From: Heterodontus francisci
Taxonomy: Eukaryota
Direction: 5' to 3'
NCBI RefSeq assembly: GCF_036365525.1
Contig: NC_090399.1
Coordinates: forward strand, 54,592,430-54,656,429
DNA: 64,000 nt
Part shown: in pieces, positions 23,750-36,199 of the stretch
How the letters are laid out: the number at the start of each line of letters is the position of its first letter
Numbering within the stretch: position 1 is the first letter of the stretch
Made by a program: the position numbers and the translations under genes
Notes under the pieces: model-generated
Database searches by the model: none
The model's input: only the letters and a program-made list of their open reading frames with translations
Told to the model about the DNA's origin: nothing

Positions 23750-24050
23750 CCCATGTTCCACCCACCACCACCCCCGACAATTACACTGAGCAGGAGCGCT
23801 CAACACTGCAGCATTGACATTAACCTGATCTAACCTTGTCCTTCTTTAAACCTGAGCAAGAATTTCACATTAATTCAGGTATGCAGCAGAGAAATGGAAT
23901 GAATGAATGTCGTGGTTAATTGCAGGTTCAGTGAAGTTCAGAATCTCATACATCAAACACACCCAGTCAGTCGTTCATCGATTACTGGAAACAATACCAG
24001 GGAAATGTCAACAGAATTTTTACAATACTTGAGCTGATAGAATCATAGAG
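23750..24050. repeat. Duplicated segment U, copy 3
   Basis: Near-identical to 10360-10655. Confidence 0.9.
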
Positions 24051-25148
24051 TCGTAGAGTCGTACAGCATAGAAACAGGCCCTTCGGCCCACCGTGTCCAT
24101 GCCGACCATAATGCCAATCTATACTAATTCCACCTGCCTGCATTAATTCCATATCCCTCTATGCCTTACTCATTCAAGTACCTATCCAGATGTCTCTTAA
24201 ATGTTGCTACTGTTCCCGCCTCCACCACCTCCTCTGGCAGCTCATTCCAAATACCCACTATTCTTTGTGTGAAACATTTACCCCTTTGATCCCCTTTAAA
24301 CCTCCTCCCTCTCACCTTAAATCTATGCCCTCCAGCTTTAGTCACCCCTACCATGGGAAACAGACTCTGGTTATCTAACCTATGTATGCCTCTCATAATT
24401 TTATATACCTCTATCATGTCCCCTCTCAGACTCCTTCACTCCAGGGAAAATAGACCCAGCCTTTCCAATCTCTCTTTATAACTCAAGCCCTCCAAACCAG
24501 GCAACATCCTTGTGAATATTTTCTGCTCCCACTCTGCCTTAATCACATCTTTTCTGCAGTGCGGGAACCAGAACTGCACACATTACTCCAAATGCGGCCT
24601 AACCAATGTTATGTACAACTTAACATGACATCCCAACTCTTGTACTCAATGCCTCGGCCGACGAAGGCAAGCATGTCATACACCTTCTTCACCACCCTGT
24701 CTACCTGTCTTGCCACTTTCAGGGAACTATGTACTTTCACCACAAGGTCTATCTGCTGAACAACACTCCCCAGGGCCCTGCCTTTCACTGAAGATGTCCT
24801 GCCCAGGTTCAACTTCCCAAAATACATCACTTTGCACTTGTCTGCATTAAATTCCATTTGCCAATCCCTTTCCCAGTTTATATATATCCTGTTGTAACCT
24901 CAGACAACCTTCTTCACTATCCACTATACCACCAATTTTGGTGTCATCTGTAAACTTACTAATCATGTCCCCTGCATTCACATCCAAGTCATTAATATAT
25001 ATGACAAACAACAGAGGGCCCAGCACCGATCCCTGCAGCACACCACTGGTCACCGGCCTCCAATCTGAAAAACAACCCTCCACGACCACCCTCTGCCTCC
25101 CATCACCAAGACAATTTTATATCCAATTTGCTCGCTCACCCTGGATCC
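24039..25148 (-). mobile_element. CR1 3' part (putative recombinant copy)
   Basis: ORFs 24166..24417, 24609..24857, 24847..25089. Confidence 0.9.
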
Positions 25149-25150
25149 CT

Positions 25151-25754
25151 GGTCGGCTGGAGCCATCCAGTTCGTTCCACTTTCTGCTGTTGTGACAAAG
25201 ACTTTCTTCACCCAGGTAGCTCCAGCTGTCCTGAGCCATGCAGTTGGGGTGGGGAAGGTGCTCCATTTGTGCCAGATGGAGGAAAACACAAGAGCAAATA
25301 CAGAGACTCCCTATAGAATCTTTGTGCCCCACCCCTGGATATTCCGGCATCTCCTCCCTCCCCCAACAGTCCAAGCAAAACAGTTCTCCAGTGCTCCAAC
25401 ACCCACCTCTCCAAAATAACTCACAGATCCTGTTTCTCTGCAATGGTAGAATCAGTTCCACATTTGTATGTTGTAAATGTTTCAGCTCTCTCCAATCTCA
25501 GCTCCCACCAGTCTGCACAGGGGCAGCTGTTTCACCTGATTGCAGACAGGAAATGCTCCAAATGCACCAACCAATCAGAGCTGCAGCTGCCCTGTGAGTG
25601 TTTGATGGGAAAGTGCAGAGGGAGTCTTGCACTCCATGTGCAGACGGCAATGCAGCAGAACCCTGTTCTTAAATAAAAATCTATGTTTTGAAGAGTCACT
25701 GATGGGGACATGTACAATGAGCATTACTTCATCTAACACTTGCTGCAACTGCCT
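25151..25754. repeat. Duplicated segment P, copy B (inverted)
   Basis: Reverse complement of 15303-15889. Confidence 0.9.
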
Positions 25755-27245
25755 TGGAGAGGTTGAGGGAACTGATCAGCACCCTCGCCTTGGTGAACGT
25801 CTGGTGGAATCTCGATCCCGACTCCAGTGCCTTCAGCTGCAGGTCTGGAGGAGGAGGCTCCTGAATTGACCACCTCTACATTTTGTAGGCATATGTTTCA
25901 TGTGTCTCGATGACCTCCATGCAGTTGGTGCCATGGTCAGAGCTGCTGACAACGGATCCTCCATCACAGATCTGGAGGGAATGGGCGTTTTGGTCCATAC
26001 TTATTCCAGCACATAATTCTCTCCGAATCTAACCAGCGAGGATGCGTGCAGAGCTTTCTGAGAGGGCCTGCTGAAGGTCAGCCTGGATGCTCTGCTAACA
26101 TTGGCAGAGCTGAACAGCACCTTCCACCAGCTCTCCAAGGGAAACTCTACAGAACTTGACAGGCTGACCCTGGGCTTCCTCAGGGGGATCTGGGAAATCT
26201 TGGGGGGACCATTTTGTACAGATCCTGGGGGAAAGCCTGGTGATTGGGGTGATGTCGCTCTCATGGTGCTGGGCTGAAGAGGGGTGATCTCCACCTGCTT
26301 GAGAACTGGTGTCCGGTCTCCCTCCTCAGCACGGATTATAAGCTCTTTGCCCGGGCTAGGTCGACTCGCCTGGGCTCCCTGCTGGCCCATATGATCCAAC
26401 CCGACCTGTCCTACACAGTCCTGGGTCGGTCCATCCAGGACAACATCCACCTGGTCCTGGACATGATCCATCTTTCCAAGAGGACTGGTTTGTCAGTCGC
26501 CTTTCTCCCCTTCGTTCAGGTGAAGGGACTCGACAGGGTGGATCAAGAATATTTTTTCGGGATTCTGCGCAAGTTCGGACTCGGACTGCAGTTTGTGGCC
26601 GGGTCTGAATTTTCTACACTGCCGCTGCTGAGTTAACGGGTCTTTGATGGCATCCCTTCACTTTGGCTGATGAGTACGTCAGGGATGCCCAGCAATTACA
26701 CACCATCTGCGTGGAGCCATTCCTGTGCCTGCTTTGCAAGAGGTTGGTGGGTTTGGCTCCGCATGGGTCAGTCATGCGGGTCGTCCTCTCGGCTTCCATC
26801 GATTACGTGCTCCTCATGATCACAGATCCTGTTGACTTACAGGGGATGCTCTCAAGAGGCAAATCCCCGGGGCTGACCGTTGAGTTCCTCAGGGCATTCT
26901 GGGACATCCTGGGGGGCGACTACGTGCCAGTCCTTGGGGGTTGGGGGGAGGGGGGGTGGAGTGGATGCTGGGCAATCGTGGAGATGACCCTCATGTGGTG
27001 CAGTGTGGTCATCGCCCTGCTCCCAAAGTGGGGTGATCTCCACTTGCTTAAGAACTGGCATCCGGTCTCTCCTCAGCACGGATTATAAGATCTTTGCCCA
27101 GGCTATATCTATTCGCCTGGGCTCCGTGCTGACTCATATCACCACCCCGACCAGTCCTACATGGTCCCGGGCCGGTCCTTTCATGACAACATTGACCTGG
27201 TCTGGGACCAGATCAATCATTCCCAGAGGACTTGTCTGTCTGTCA
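25755..27245 (+). mobile_element. Tx1-clade ORF2 fragments
   Basis: Inverted copy of 14260-15302, continuing into a direct copy of 9546-10160. Confidence 0.8.
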
Positions 27246-27461
27246 GCTTTCTCTCACTCTCTCTCCGTTTCGTCCTTCTCTCTCCGTTTCGTCCTTCTCT
27301 CTCCGTTTCGCCCTCGCGCTCTCTGTTTCCCCCCCTCGCGCTCTGATTTCCCCCCATTCGCGCTCTCTGATTTCCCCCCACTCGCTCTCTGATTTCCCCA
27401 CTCTGTTCCCCCCTCTCTGTTCCCCCTCCCCCCCCCCCGTCTCTATTTCTCTGTTCCCCCC

Positions 27462-27762
27462 CCATGTTCCACCCACCACCACCCCCGACAATTACACTGA
27501 GCAGGAGCGCTCAACACTGCAGCATTGACATTAACCTTATCTAACCTTGTCCTTCTTTAAACCTGAGCAAGAATTTCACATTAATTCAGGTATGCAGCAG
27601 AGAAATGGAATGAATAAATGTCGTGGTTAATTGCAGGTTCAGTGAAGTTCAGAATCACATACATCAAACACACCCAGTCAGTCGTTCATCGATTACTGTA
27701 AACAATACCAGGGAAATGTCAACAGAATTTTTATCATACATGAGCTGACCGAATCATAGAGT
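27462..27762. repeat. Duplicated segment U, copy 4
   Basis: Near-identical to 10360-10655. Confidence 0.9.
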
Positions 27763-29688
27763 CGTACAGCATAGAAACAGGCCCTTCGGCCCACCGTGTC
27801 CTTGCCAACCATAATGCCAATCTATACTAATCCCACCTGCCTGCATTAATTCCATATCCCTCGATGCCTTACTCATTCAAGTACCTATCCAGATGCCTCT
27901 TAAATGTTGCTACTGTTCCTGCCTCCACCACCTCCTCTGGCAGCTCATTCCAAATACCCACTATTCTTTGTGTGAAACATTTACCCCTTTGATCCCCTTT
28001 AAACCTCCTCCCTCTCACCTTAATTCTATGCCCTCTAGTTTTAGTCACCCCTAGCATGGGAAACAGACTCTGGCTATCTACCCTCTCTATGACTCTCATA
28101 ATTTTATATACCTCTATCATGTCCCCTCTCAGCCGCCTTTGGCTCCAGGGATAACAAACCCAGCCTTTCCAATCTCTCTTTATATCTCAAGCCGTCCATA
28201 CAGGCAAAATCCTTGTGAATCTTTTCTGCATCCTCTATACCTTAATCACATCCTTCTTGTAATGCGGTGACCAGAACTACACACATTACACCACATGCGG
28301 CCAAACCAACGTTATGTACAACTGTAACATGACGTCCCAACTCTTGTACTCAGTGCCTCGGCCAATGAAGGCAAGCATGCCATACGCCTTCTTCACCACC
28401 CTGTCTACCTGTCTTGCCACTTTCAGGAAACTATGTTTAGTTTAGTGATGCAGCACTGAAACAGGCCCTTCGGCCCACCGAGTCTGTGCTGACCATCAAC
28501 CACCCATTTATACTAATCCTACACTAATCCCATATTCCTACCACATCCCCACCTGTCCCTATATTTCACTACCACCTACCTATACTTGGGGCAATTTATA
28601 ATGGCCAATTAACCGATCAACCTGCAAGTCTTTGGCATGTGGGAGGAAACCGGAGCACCCGGAGGAAACCCACGCAGACACAGGGAGAACTTGCAAACTC
28701 CACACAGGCAGTACCCAGAATTGAACCCGGGTCACTGGAGCTGTGAGGCTGCGGTGCTAACCACTGCGCCACTGTGCCGCCCTGAACTCACTTGCACCCT
28801 CAGGTCTCTCTGCTCAACAACATTTCCCAGGGCCCTGCCTTTCACTGTATATGTCCTGCCCAGGTTTAACTTCCCAAAATGCATCACTTCACACTTGTCT
28901 GCATTAAATTCCATTTGCCAATCCCTTGCCCACTTTCCCAGTTGATCTATATCCTGTTGTAGCCTCAGACAACCTTCTTCACTGTCCACTAGACCACCAA
29001 TTTTGGTGTCATCTGTAAACTTACTAATCATGTCCCCAACATTCACATCCAAGTCATTAATATATATTGACAAACAACAGAGGGTCCAGCACTGATCCCT
29101 GTGGCACACCACTTGTCACTGGCCTCCAATCTGAAAAACAACCCTCCACTACCACCCTCTGCCTCCTATCAACAAGCCAATTTTGAATCCAATTGGCTAG
29201 CTCACCCTGGTCCTATGTGTTCGAACTTTCCAGACCAGCCTACCCGCTTGGTACGGACCTTGTCAAAGGCCTTGCTAAAGTTCATGTTGACAACGTCCAC
29301 CGCCCTTCCCTCGTCAATCCTCTTGGTCACCTCCTCAAAAAACTCAATCAAATTCGTGAGACATGATTTCCCATGCACAAAGCCATGCTGACTATCCCTA
29401 ATCAGACCTTGCCTTTCCAAATGCATATAAATCCTGTCTCTCAGAATCCTTTCCAATAACTTTCCCACCACTGATGTAAGGCTCACCAGCCTATAGTTGC
29501 CTGGCATATCCCTGCTGCCCTCTTAAACAAAGGCACAACATTCGCTATCCTCCAGTCTTCCGGTACCTCATCCGTGGCTAACGATGAGACATAAATCTCT
29601 GCCAGGGCCCCAGCAATCTCCTCCCTTGCTTCCGATAGCATCCTAGGTCAGGCCCTGGGGATTTATCCACCTTAATGCTCTTCAAATC
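27751..29688 (-). mobile_element. 5'-truncated CR1, duplicate of 10648-12258, with SINE insertion
   Basis: Same 5' junction TTCAAATCATTGTCCCATCC(A/G)CCACTGAC as at about 12250. Confidence 0.9.
28435..28782 (-). mobile_element. HE1-type SINE
   Basis: Full-length reverse complement with CTAAA-type tail. Confidence 0.9.
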
Positions 29689-29774
29689 ATTGTCCCATCC
29701 GCCACTGACACACCATGCGTCTTGAACATTTCTCACAGTGGATGCGGCAGAAAAGGTTTGCTGCTACGCATGCA

Positions 29775-30780
29775 CCCACCAACCTCTTGCAAAGCAGGCA
29801 CAGGAATGGCTCCACGCAGACGGTGTATAATTGCTGGGCATCCCTGACGTACTCATCTGCCAAAGTGAACGGATGCCATCAAGAACCCGTTGACTCAGCG
29901 GCGGCGTAGAAAAGTCAGACCTGGCCACAAATTGCGGCCCGAGCCCGAACGTGCGCAGAATCCCGAAAAAAATATTTGTGATCAACACTGTCGAGTCGCC
30001 TTCTCCTGATCGAAGGGGAGAAAGGCAACTGACAAACCAGTCCTCTTAGAAAGATGGATCATGTCCAGGACCAGGTGGGTGTGTCCTGGATGGACCGGCC
30101 CGGGACAGTGTCGGAGAGGTCAGGTTGGATCATATGGGCTAGCAGGGAGCCCAGGCGAGTCGACCTAGCCCGGGCAAAGATCTTATAATCCGTGCTGAGG
30201 AGGGAGACCAGACGCCAGTTCTTGCAGGTGGTTCAAGCAGGTGGAGATCACCCCTCTTCAGCCATGTACCATGAGAGGGACATCACCCTGGTTACCAGGC
30301 TTTCCCCCAGGATTTCCCAGAACCCGCTGAGGATGTCCATGGTCAGCCTGTCAAGCTCTGTAGATTTTAGCTTTGAGAGCTTGTGGAGGGTGCTGGTCAG
30401 CTCTGCCAATGTTAGCAGAGCCTCCAGTCATTCAGCACCCTCCGGGCTGAACTTCAACAGGCCCTCTCAGAAAACTCTGCACGCATCCTCGCTGGTCAAA
30501 TCCGGAGAGAGCAATGTGCTGTAATAAGTATGGACCAAAAAGCCCATTCCCTCCAGATCAGTGATGGAGGATCTGTCATCAGCCAGCAGCTCTGACCATT
30601 GCACCAACTGCATGGAGGCCATCGAGACACACGTAACATATGCCTACAAAATGTAGAGGTTGTCAATTCGGGAGCCTCCTCCCCCAGACCTGCAGCTGAA
30701 GGCACTGGAGTCAGGATCGAGATTCCACCAGACGTTCACCAAGGCGAGGGTGCTGATTAGTTCCCTCAACCTCTCCAAGG
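29775..30780 (-). mobile_element. Tx1-clade ORF2 fragments (third copy)
   Basis: Colinear with 14357-15302. Confidence 0.8.
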
Positions 30781-31650
30781 CAGTTGCAGCAAGTGTTAGA
30801 TGAAGTAATGCTCATTGTACACGTCCCCCTCAGTGACTCTTCAAAACATAGATTTTTATGAAAGAACAGGGTTCTGCTGCATTGCCACCTGCACATGGAG
30901 TGTTGGATTCCCTCCACACTTTCCCATCAAACACTCCCAGGGCAGTTACAGCTCTGATTGGTTGGTGCATTTGGAGCATTTCCTGTCTGCAATCAGATGA
31001 AACAGCTGCACCTGTGCAGACTGGTGGGAGCTGAAACATTTCCAACATACAAATGTGGAACTGATTCCATCCATTGCATAGAAACAGGATCTGTGAGTTA
31101 TTTTGGAGAGGTGGGTGTTGGAGCACTGGAGAACTGCTTTGCTTGGACTGTTGGGGGAGGGAGGAGATGCTGGAATATCCAGGGGTGGGGCACAAAGATT
31201 CTTTCGGGAGCCCCTGTATTTGCTCTTGTGCTTTCCTCCATCTGGCACAAATGGAGCACCCTCCCCACCCCAACTGCGTGGCTCAGGACAGCTGGAGCCA
31301 CCTGGGTGAAGAAAGTCTTTGTCAGAACGGCAGAAAGTTGAAAGAACCGGACGGCTCCAGCCGACCGGGCAAAGAATTCCTCCACCGCCCCACCCCACTG
31401 GAAGATTGAACTTTGTACTATTTCCAGTCAGGTGCTCCAACCACCTATTCAAGAGGAGCATCCTTGCAGCTTTTCTCTGCCTTCCACCACTCAGCCACCT
31501 ATTCTCTCCTTTTCCATTTCCTTTCCACCCCTGTCTCCTCGACTCCCTGCACCCCCCCCATCATATCCTTAAAGTTTAAAAAACTGCCATTTGCTTTGTT
31601 TCTAGGGTGGGTCTGGCTCTTCGACTCCAGCGCAAGCCCCTCTTTACTGG
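30781..31650. repeat. Segment P copy C joined directly to the Tx1 5' UTR (pre-insertion state)
   Basis: ...CCAGCCGACC|GGGCAAAGAATTCC...GGGTCTGGCTCT|TCGAC; lacks both CR1 insertions seen at 15890 and 17257. Confidence 0.85.
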
Positions 31651-31669
31651 TATGGATGAGGATCCAACA

Positions 31670-31850
31670 GCAGGTGAGTTGAGGCAGGGGTGGAGACCGT
31701 GACTGTTATAGAGGTGACAGTTGGCAGTCTTGGTGATGCAGAGGATGCAGGGTTAAAAATGCAGCTCTGGATTAAATAGGACGATGAGGTTGTGAACAGT
31801 CTGGTTCAGTTTCAGACAGTGACTGGGGAGAGGAATGTAATCAGTGGTTA
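31670..31850 (-). mobile_element. L2-like LINE fragment
   Basis: Resembles the VLFNPELxF...ITKTA...HL region on the minus strand. Confidence 0.5.
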
Positions 31851-32179
31851 GGGCCTGTACCGGTAGGTCACAGTGGGAACAGACAGTGATGTTTCCAGTG
31901 GTCCAATAACAATAGTCAGAACATTCCCGTGAAGGAACTGCCGATGGAACCGGATCCCAGTGAGAGAGAGAACCATCTGGGCTGAACAGAAAGAGGTTTA
32001 TAATAACATTGGAAACACATCCGGCGTGTCCTTACTGGTTTATCAGCTGAGTTCCTTCTCTGAAACAGTTGGAGACTGGCTTGGTTTTCATTCCCTACTT
32101 TCCTTTTCTCTCGAGCCCATTTCTGTTCCATCTGCATCCCTGCTATCTCTCCCTGGCATGTAAGAGTTACTAGACCCAA

Positions 32180-32780
32180 ATTTATTCAGAGTTATGGGAT
32201 CTGTGTATTAACTCATCATTGTCAGTCATTTCTGTGGCTTCTCTTCCCCTTTAACTCTTTGTTCTTCAAGGTGGGTTCTTGTATTAACTGCGATATTATT
32301 TTTAATTTCTTGCAGCGACGTCACTTCTCTCAAATTTTCATGTGAGGGTTTAAGCTTGAAAGATCGTATCCAGCGATCGAATGTCATCTGTTTAATTCTT
32401 TGAATTTCAATGCAAGTCTATGCGGGTCTAATCCTGGTGTGTCTCAGTTTCTGTCATATAGGCTGCAGGTACTAACTCACACGCATTTAGAATTCTAATT
32501 TTAGTTTGTTGACGGTCAAAGGAGCTTCTGATAACAGAGAAAAAGCTTCACATGCCCTACCCAGGAACTCGCCTTGTTAAGAGGAGAGTCCAAAATTATT
32601 TCGGCCAACTTAGCCTGGTAGCTCTTTTTTGCAGCTGACATAAAATATGACTCAACCTTCTCATTAAAGTTTGACACTAGTCTTGAATGTCTCAGTACCT
32701 CATAGTCATTCCCTGAATTGGAGATAAGGTCTGAGTGCCTGGTGACATTTTCATTTTGGGTTTGCAGCCTCACTAACTCA
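32180..32780 (-). mobile_element. Degenerate Gypsy (Gmr1-type) gag fragment
   Basis: FNEKVESYF...WPK...LNACELVPAAY, similar to the gag at 56.6-57.1 kb. Confidence 0.55.
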
Positions 32781-33109
32781 AACTGTTTCGATGTGATGGG
32801 ATTGTCTGCCTCATAATAATGATAAGTAGTTGTATATGTTTACAGCAACCGAGTTAGGCCATTCAGCCCCTCAAGTCCATTCCCAATGTAATTACATGAT
32901 GACTGTTCTGGCCCTCAAATTGATTTACCACCTTTGATCCATATCCCTTGATAAACTAAGGAACAGGAGTCGGTCATTCAGCACCTCAAGCTTGGTCTGC
33001 CTTTCTATTGGTTGATGGTTGATTTGCAGATTAACTCCATCTAATCCACTTAGTTCCATATTCCTTCATTCCCTTCCTAACATCTATCACTTTTTGTAAC
33101 TTTACAATT

Positions 33110-33660
33110 GACCCCCAGCCTCAACAGCCTATTGGGGGCGGAGAGGTTCTGATTTCCTCGACTTCTTGTGTAAAGAAGAGTTTCCTGACATTAATCCTTT
33201 TATCATCTTCAACACGTCAATGAGATCATTATTTAATCTTCTATACTCAAGACAATACAAGCCTAATCTATACAACCAGGCCTCATAATTTAACCCTCTA
33301 AACCCTGGTACAATGCTGGTGAATCTGTACTGCACCCCCTTTAAAACCAAATTATCCTTCCAGAGGTGAGGTGTCCAGATCAGAACACAGTCCTCCAGAT
33401 GTGATTTAACCAGAGCTTCACACAACTGTAACATAACTTCCACCATTTCTGTTCCAGCCCCATTGAGGTAAAGACTTCAATTCCATCAGCATTTTCAATA
33501 ATTCTCAGGTGGTCCAATGGTTGCTAATCATTTCCATACCTATCCCTTTAAATCTCTCTGTTCCTCCACAGTTCCCAGATTCTAACCATTTGGAAAATAC
33601 CCTGATTTATCTTTGAGGTTAAAAATTATTGACCTCAAACTTCCCCACATTTTACACCAG
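33110..33660 (-). mobile_element. Old CR1 3' fragment
   Basis: ORF 33129..33446. Confidence 0.75.
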
Positions 33661-33737
33661 CTGCTGTAGTTTGATCCTCTCACTGAATCTATCAATGTCC
33701 CTGGGTTGTAACTGTGTGGAAACCTGAGTACACTGTG

Positions 33738-35458
33738 AGTCAGACAGGGCTGTTCTCTCTCCCCGGTCTTGTTTGTTTGCTGTATTGAACCCTTTGCTGA
33801 GTCTATTAGGAAGGATGCGAGCAGAAGAGGGGTGACAATCCCAGGCAGTGGAGGCACTCAGGTTAAAACCTCCCTGTACATAGATGACATCGCCATCTTC
33901 TGCTCGGATCCACTGTCTGTGCACAGACTGATGAGCATCTGCGATCAGTTCAAACTGGCCTCGGGAGCCAAAGTTAACCACGGCAAGAGCGAGGCCATGT
34001 TCTTTGGGAACTGGGCTGACCGATCCTTTGTCCCCATCACCGTCAGGTCAGACTACCTGAAGTTGCTGATGAACTGGTTCGCAAAGGCCAGGACGTGCAC
34101 CAAAACCTGGGAGGAGCGAGTAGCCGGGGTACAACACAAGCTGAGCATGTGGGAGCAGCGTTCTCTCTCCATTGTGGTTAAGAACGTGTTCATCAGGTGC
34201 GAGGCGCTCACGTTGTTGCTGTACGTGGCGCAGGTCTGACCCATACCCCACTCCTGCACTGTGGCAGTCACCGGAGCCATTTTCCGCTTCATCTGGGGAT
34301 CCAAAATGGACCGGGTCCGGAGGGACACAATGTTCAAACCTCTGGATAAGGGCGCGAAAAATGTACCCAACGTCGCCCTCATCCTGATGACTACCTTTGT
34401 GTGCGGCTGCATCAAGCTGTGTGTTGAACTCCAGTACGCAAACTCCAAGTGTCACTATGTGCTGAGGTTCTCTCTGTGCCCGGTGTTGCGAAGGATGGAC
34501 CTGGTCACATTGCCGCAGAACGCTCCATCCAGTTGGACTGTGCCGTACCACCTATCTGTCGTGGAACAGTTTCTGCACAGAAACACTTTTGACCACCGGT
34601 CCATCAGGCAGTGGTCTGCACGGAATGTTCTCAAGGCCCTACGGGAAAAGGAGATGGTAGATTCTGTCGGATAGTTCCTTGAGCAGACCGCCAAAGTCAT
34701 TTGGCGGAATGCCTCATCACCAGAACTTTCAAACAAGCACCAAGACGTAGCTTGGCTGGTGGTGAGAAGAGCCCTCCCAGTCAGATCCTTCCTGCACGCC
34801 CGAAGTCTCACCCCCTCCGCACAATGACCTCGCGGTGGCTGTGGTGGGGAAGAGACGGTTGCCCACCTCCTTCTGGAATGTGTCTTTGCAAAGTAGGTGT
34901 GGAAAGAGGTTTTGTCGAGGTTCATCCCAAGCAGCTCTAACAGGAGTCTGTGCTCTGCGGCTGTTCCCAGGGACGCACACGGAGATAAACATCAACTGCT
35001 GCTGGAGGACTATCAATTCAGTGAAAGAGGCCCTTTGGTCTGCCTGAAACTTGCTGGACTACCAGCGCAAAGAGTTGTCCACGACCGAATGGTGCAGACT
35101 GGCACATTCCAAGGTCCAGGACTACATGCTGAGGGACGTACTAAAGCTTGGGCAGCCGCAGCAAAGGCTCAATGGGGAAAGACCTCAGTGTAAGGTCCCC
35201 CCACCAAGCAGAACGGAGGGGCTGGATCCATGGAAAACCCCTTGAACTGTATCAGGAAAATTTTCGTTTGCTGTAAAATGTATATGGCACGAGAAATGAA
35301 ATGGAAGGGTTGTGAGCCAATTCATGATTGCATTGAAGGAAACTGACCTCCTTTGCACTGTCTGTAGTTTTTGACTTGGTGCTGTTTGGAACTGTTTTGT
35401 CATGTTTTTTTTTTTACAGATTTTTATGAATAAAGTATATTTTGAGAATAAAATAAAA
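33738..35458 (+). mobile_element. 5'-truncated Tx1/L1-clade LINE with 19-bp TSD
   Basis: RT LYIDD, C-terminal CGGEETVAHLLLEC, AATAAA and A-rich tail; TSD GAAACCTGAGTACACTGTG at 33719-33737 and 35459-35477. Confidence 0.92.
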
Positions 35459-35754
35459 GAAACCTGAGTACACTGTGCACAGGGGAAATGGATTTTTTTT
35501 TCTCATACCAATAGAGTTTATGTTGCCCATTCAGCCTGTTCCACTCAATTCGGTTCGGGCTGGTTTGTACATTAACTCCATCTACACCTCTCCTTGGTTC
35601 CATATTCCTTAATATCCATTCAAACATAAATCTCTCAATCCAGTTTATTAAATTATCAATTGACATTTCAATGTAGCAACTGTGCCTGGGGTGTTGGGTA
35701 AACTGTCGGCAGGAGTTAAAGGGACGTATTTGCCTGGAAAGTGGAGGTGACATT

Positions 35755-36198
35755 GTTCACACAGTACTCCAGATGTGGTCTCACCAAGCCCTTGTATAAT
35801 TGCAGCAAGACATCCTTGCTCCTGTACTCAAATCCTCTCGCTATGAAGGCCAACATACCGTTTGCCTTCTGAAATGCCTGCTGCACCTGCATGCTTATTT
35901 TCAGCGACTGGTGCACAAGGACACCCAGGTCTCACTGCACTCTCCCATTTCCCAATCTATCGCCGTTCAGATAATAATCTGCCTTTATGTTGTTGCCAAC
36001 AATGTGGATAACCTCACATTTATCTACATTATACTGCATCTGCCATGTATTTGCCCACTCAGTCAATCTGTTCAAATCACACTGGAGCTTCTCTGCATCC
36101 TCCTCACAGCTCACACTCCCCCAGCTTTGTGTCATCTGTAAACTTGGATATATTACATTTAATTCCCTCATCTATATCATTAATATATATTGTGAATA
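35755..36198 (-). mobile_element. CR1 RT fragment
   Basis: ORFs 35716..35916, 35932..36171. Confidence 0.8.
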
Positions 36199-36199
36199 T

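Noticed and set aside
23215-23817. Proline-rich 200-aa ORF ending PDNYTEQERSTLQH, seen in three copies
   Set aside because: Translation of a C-rich minisatellite within a segmental duplication; upstream parts are not conserved between copies
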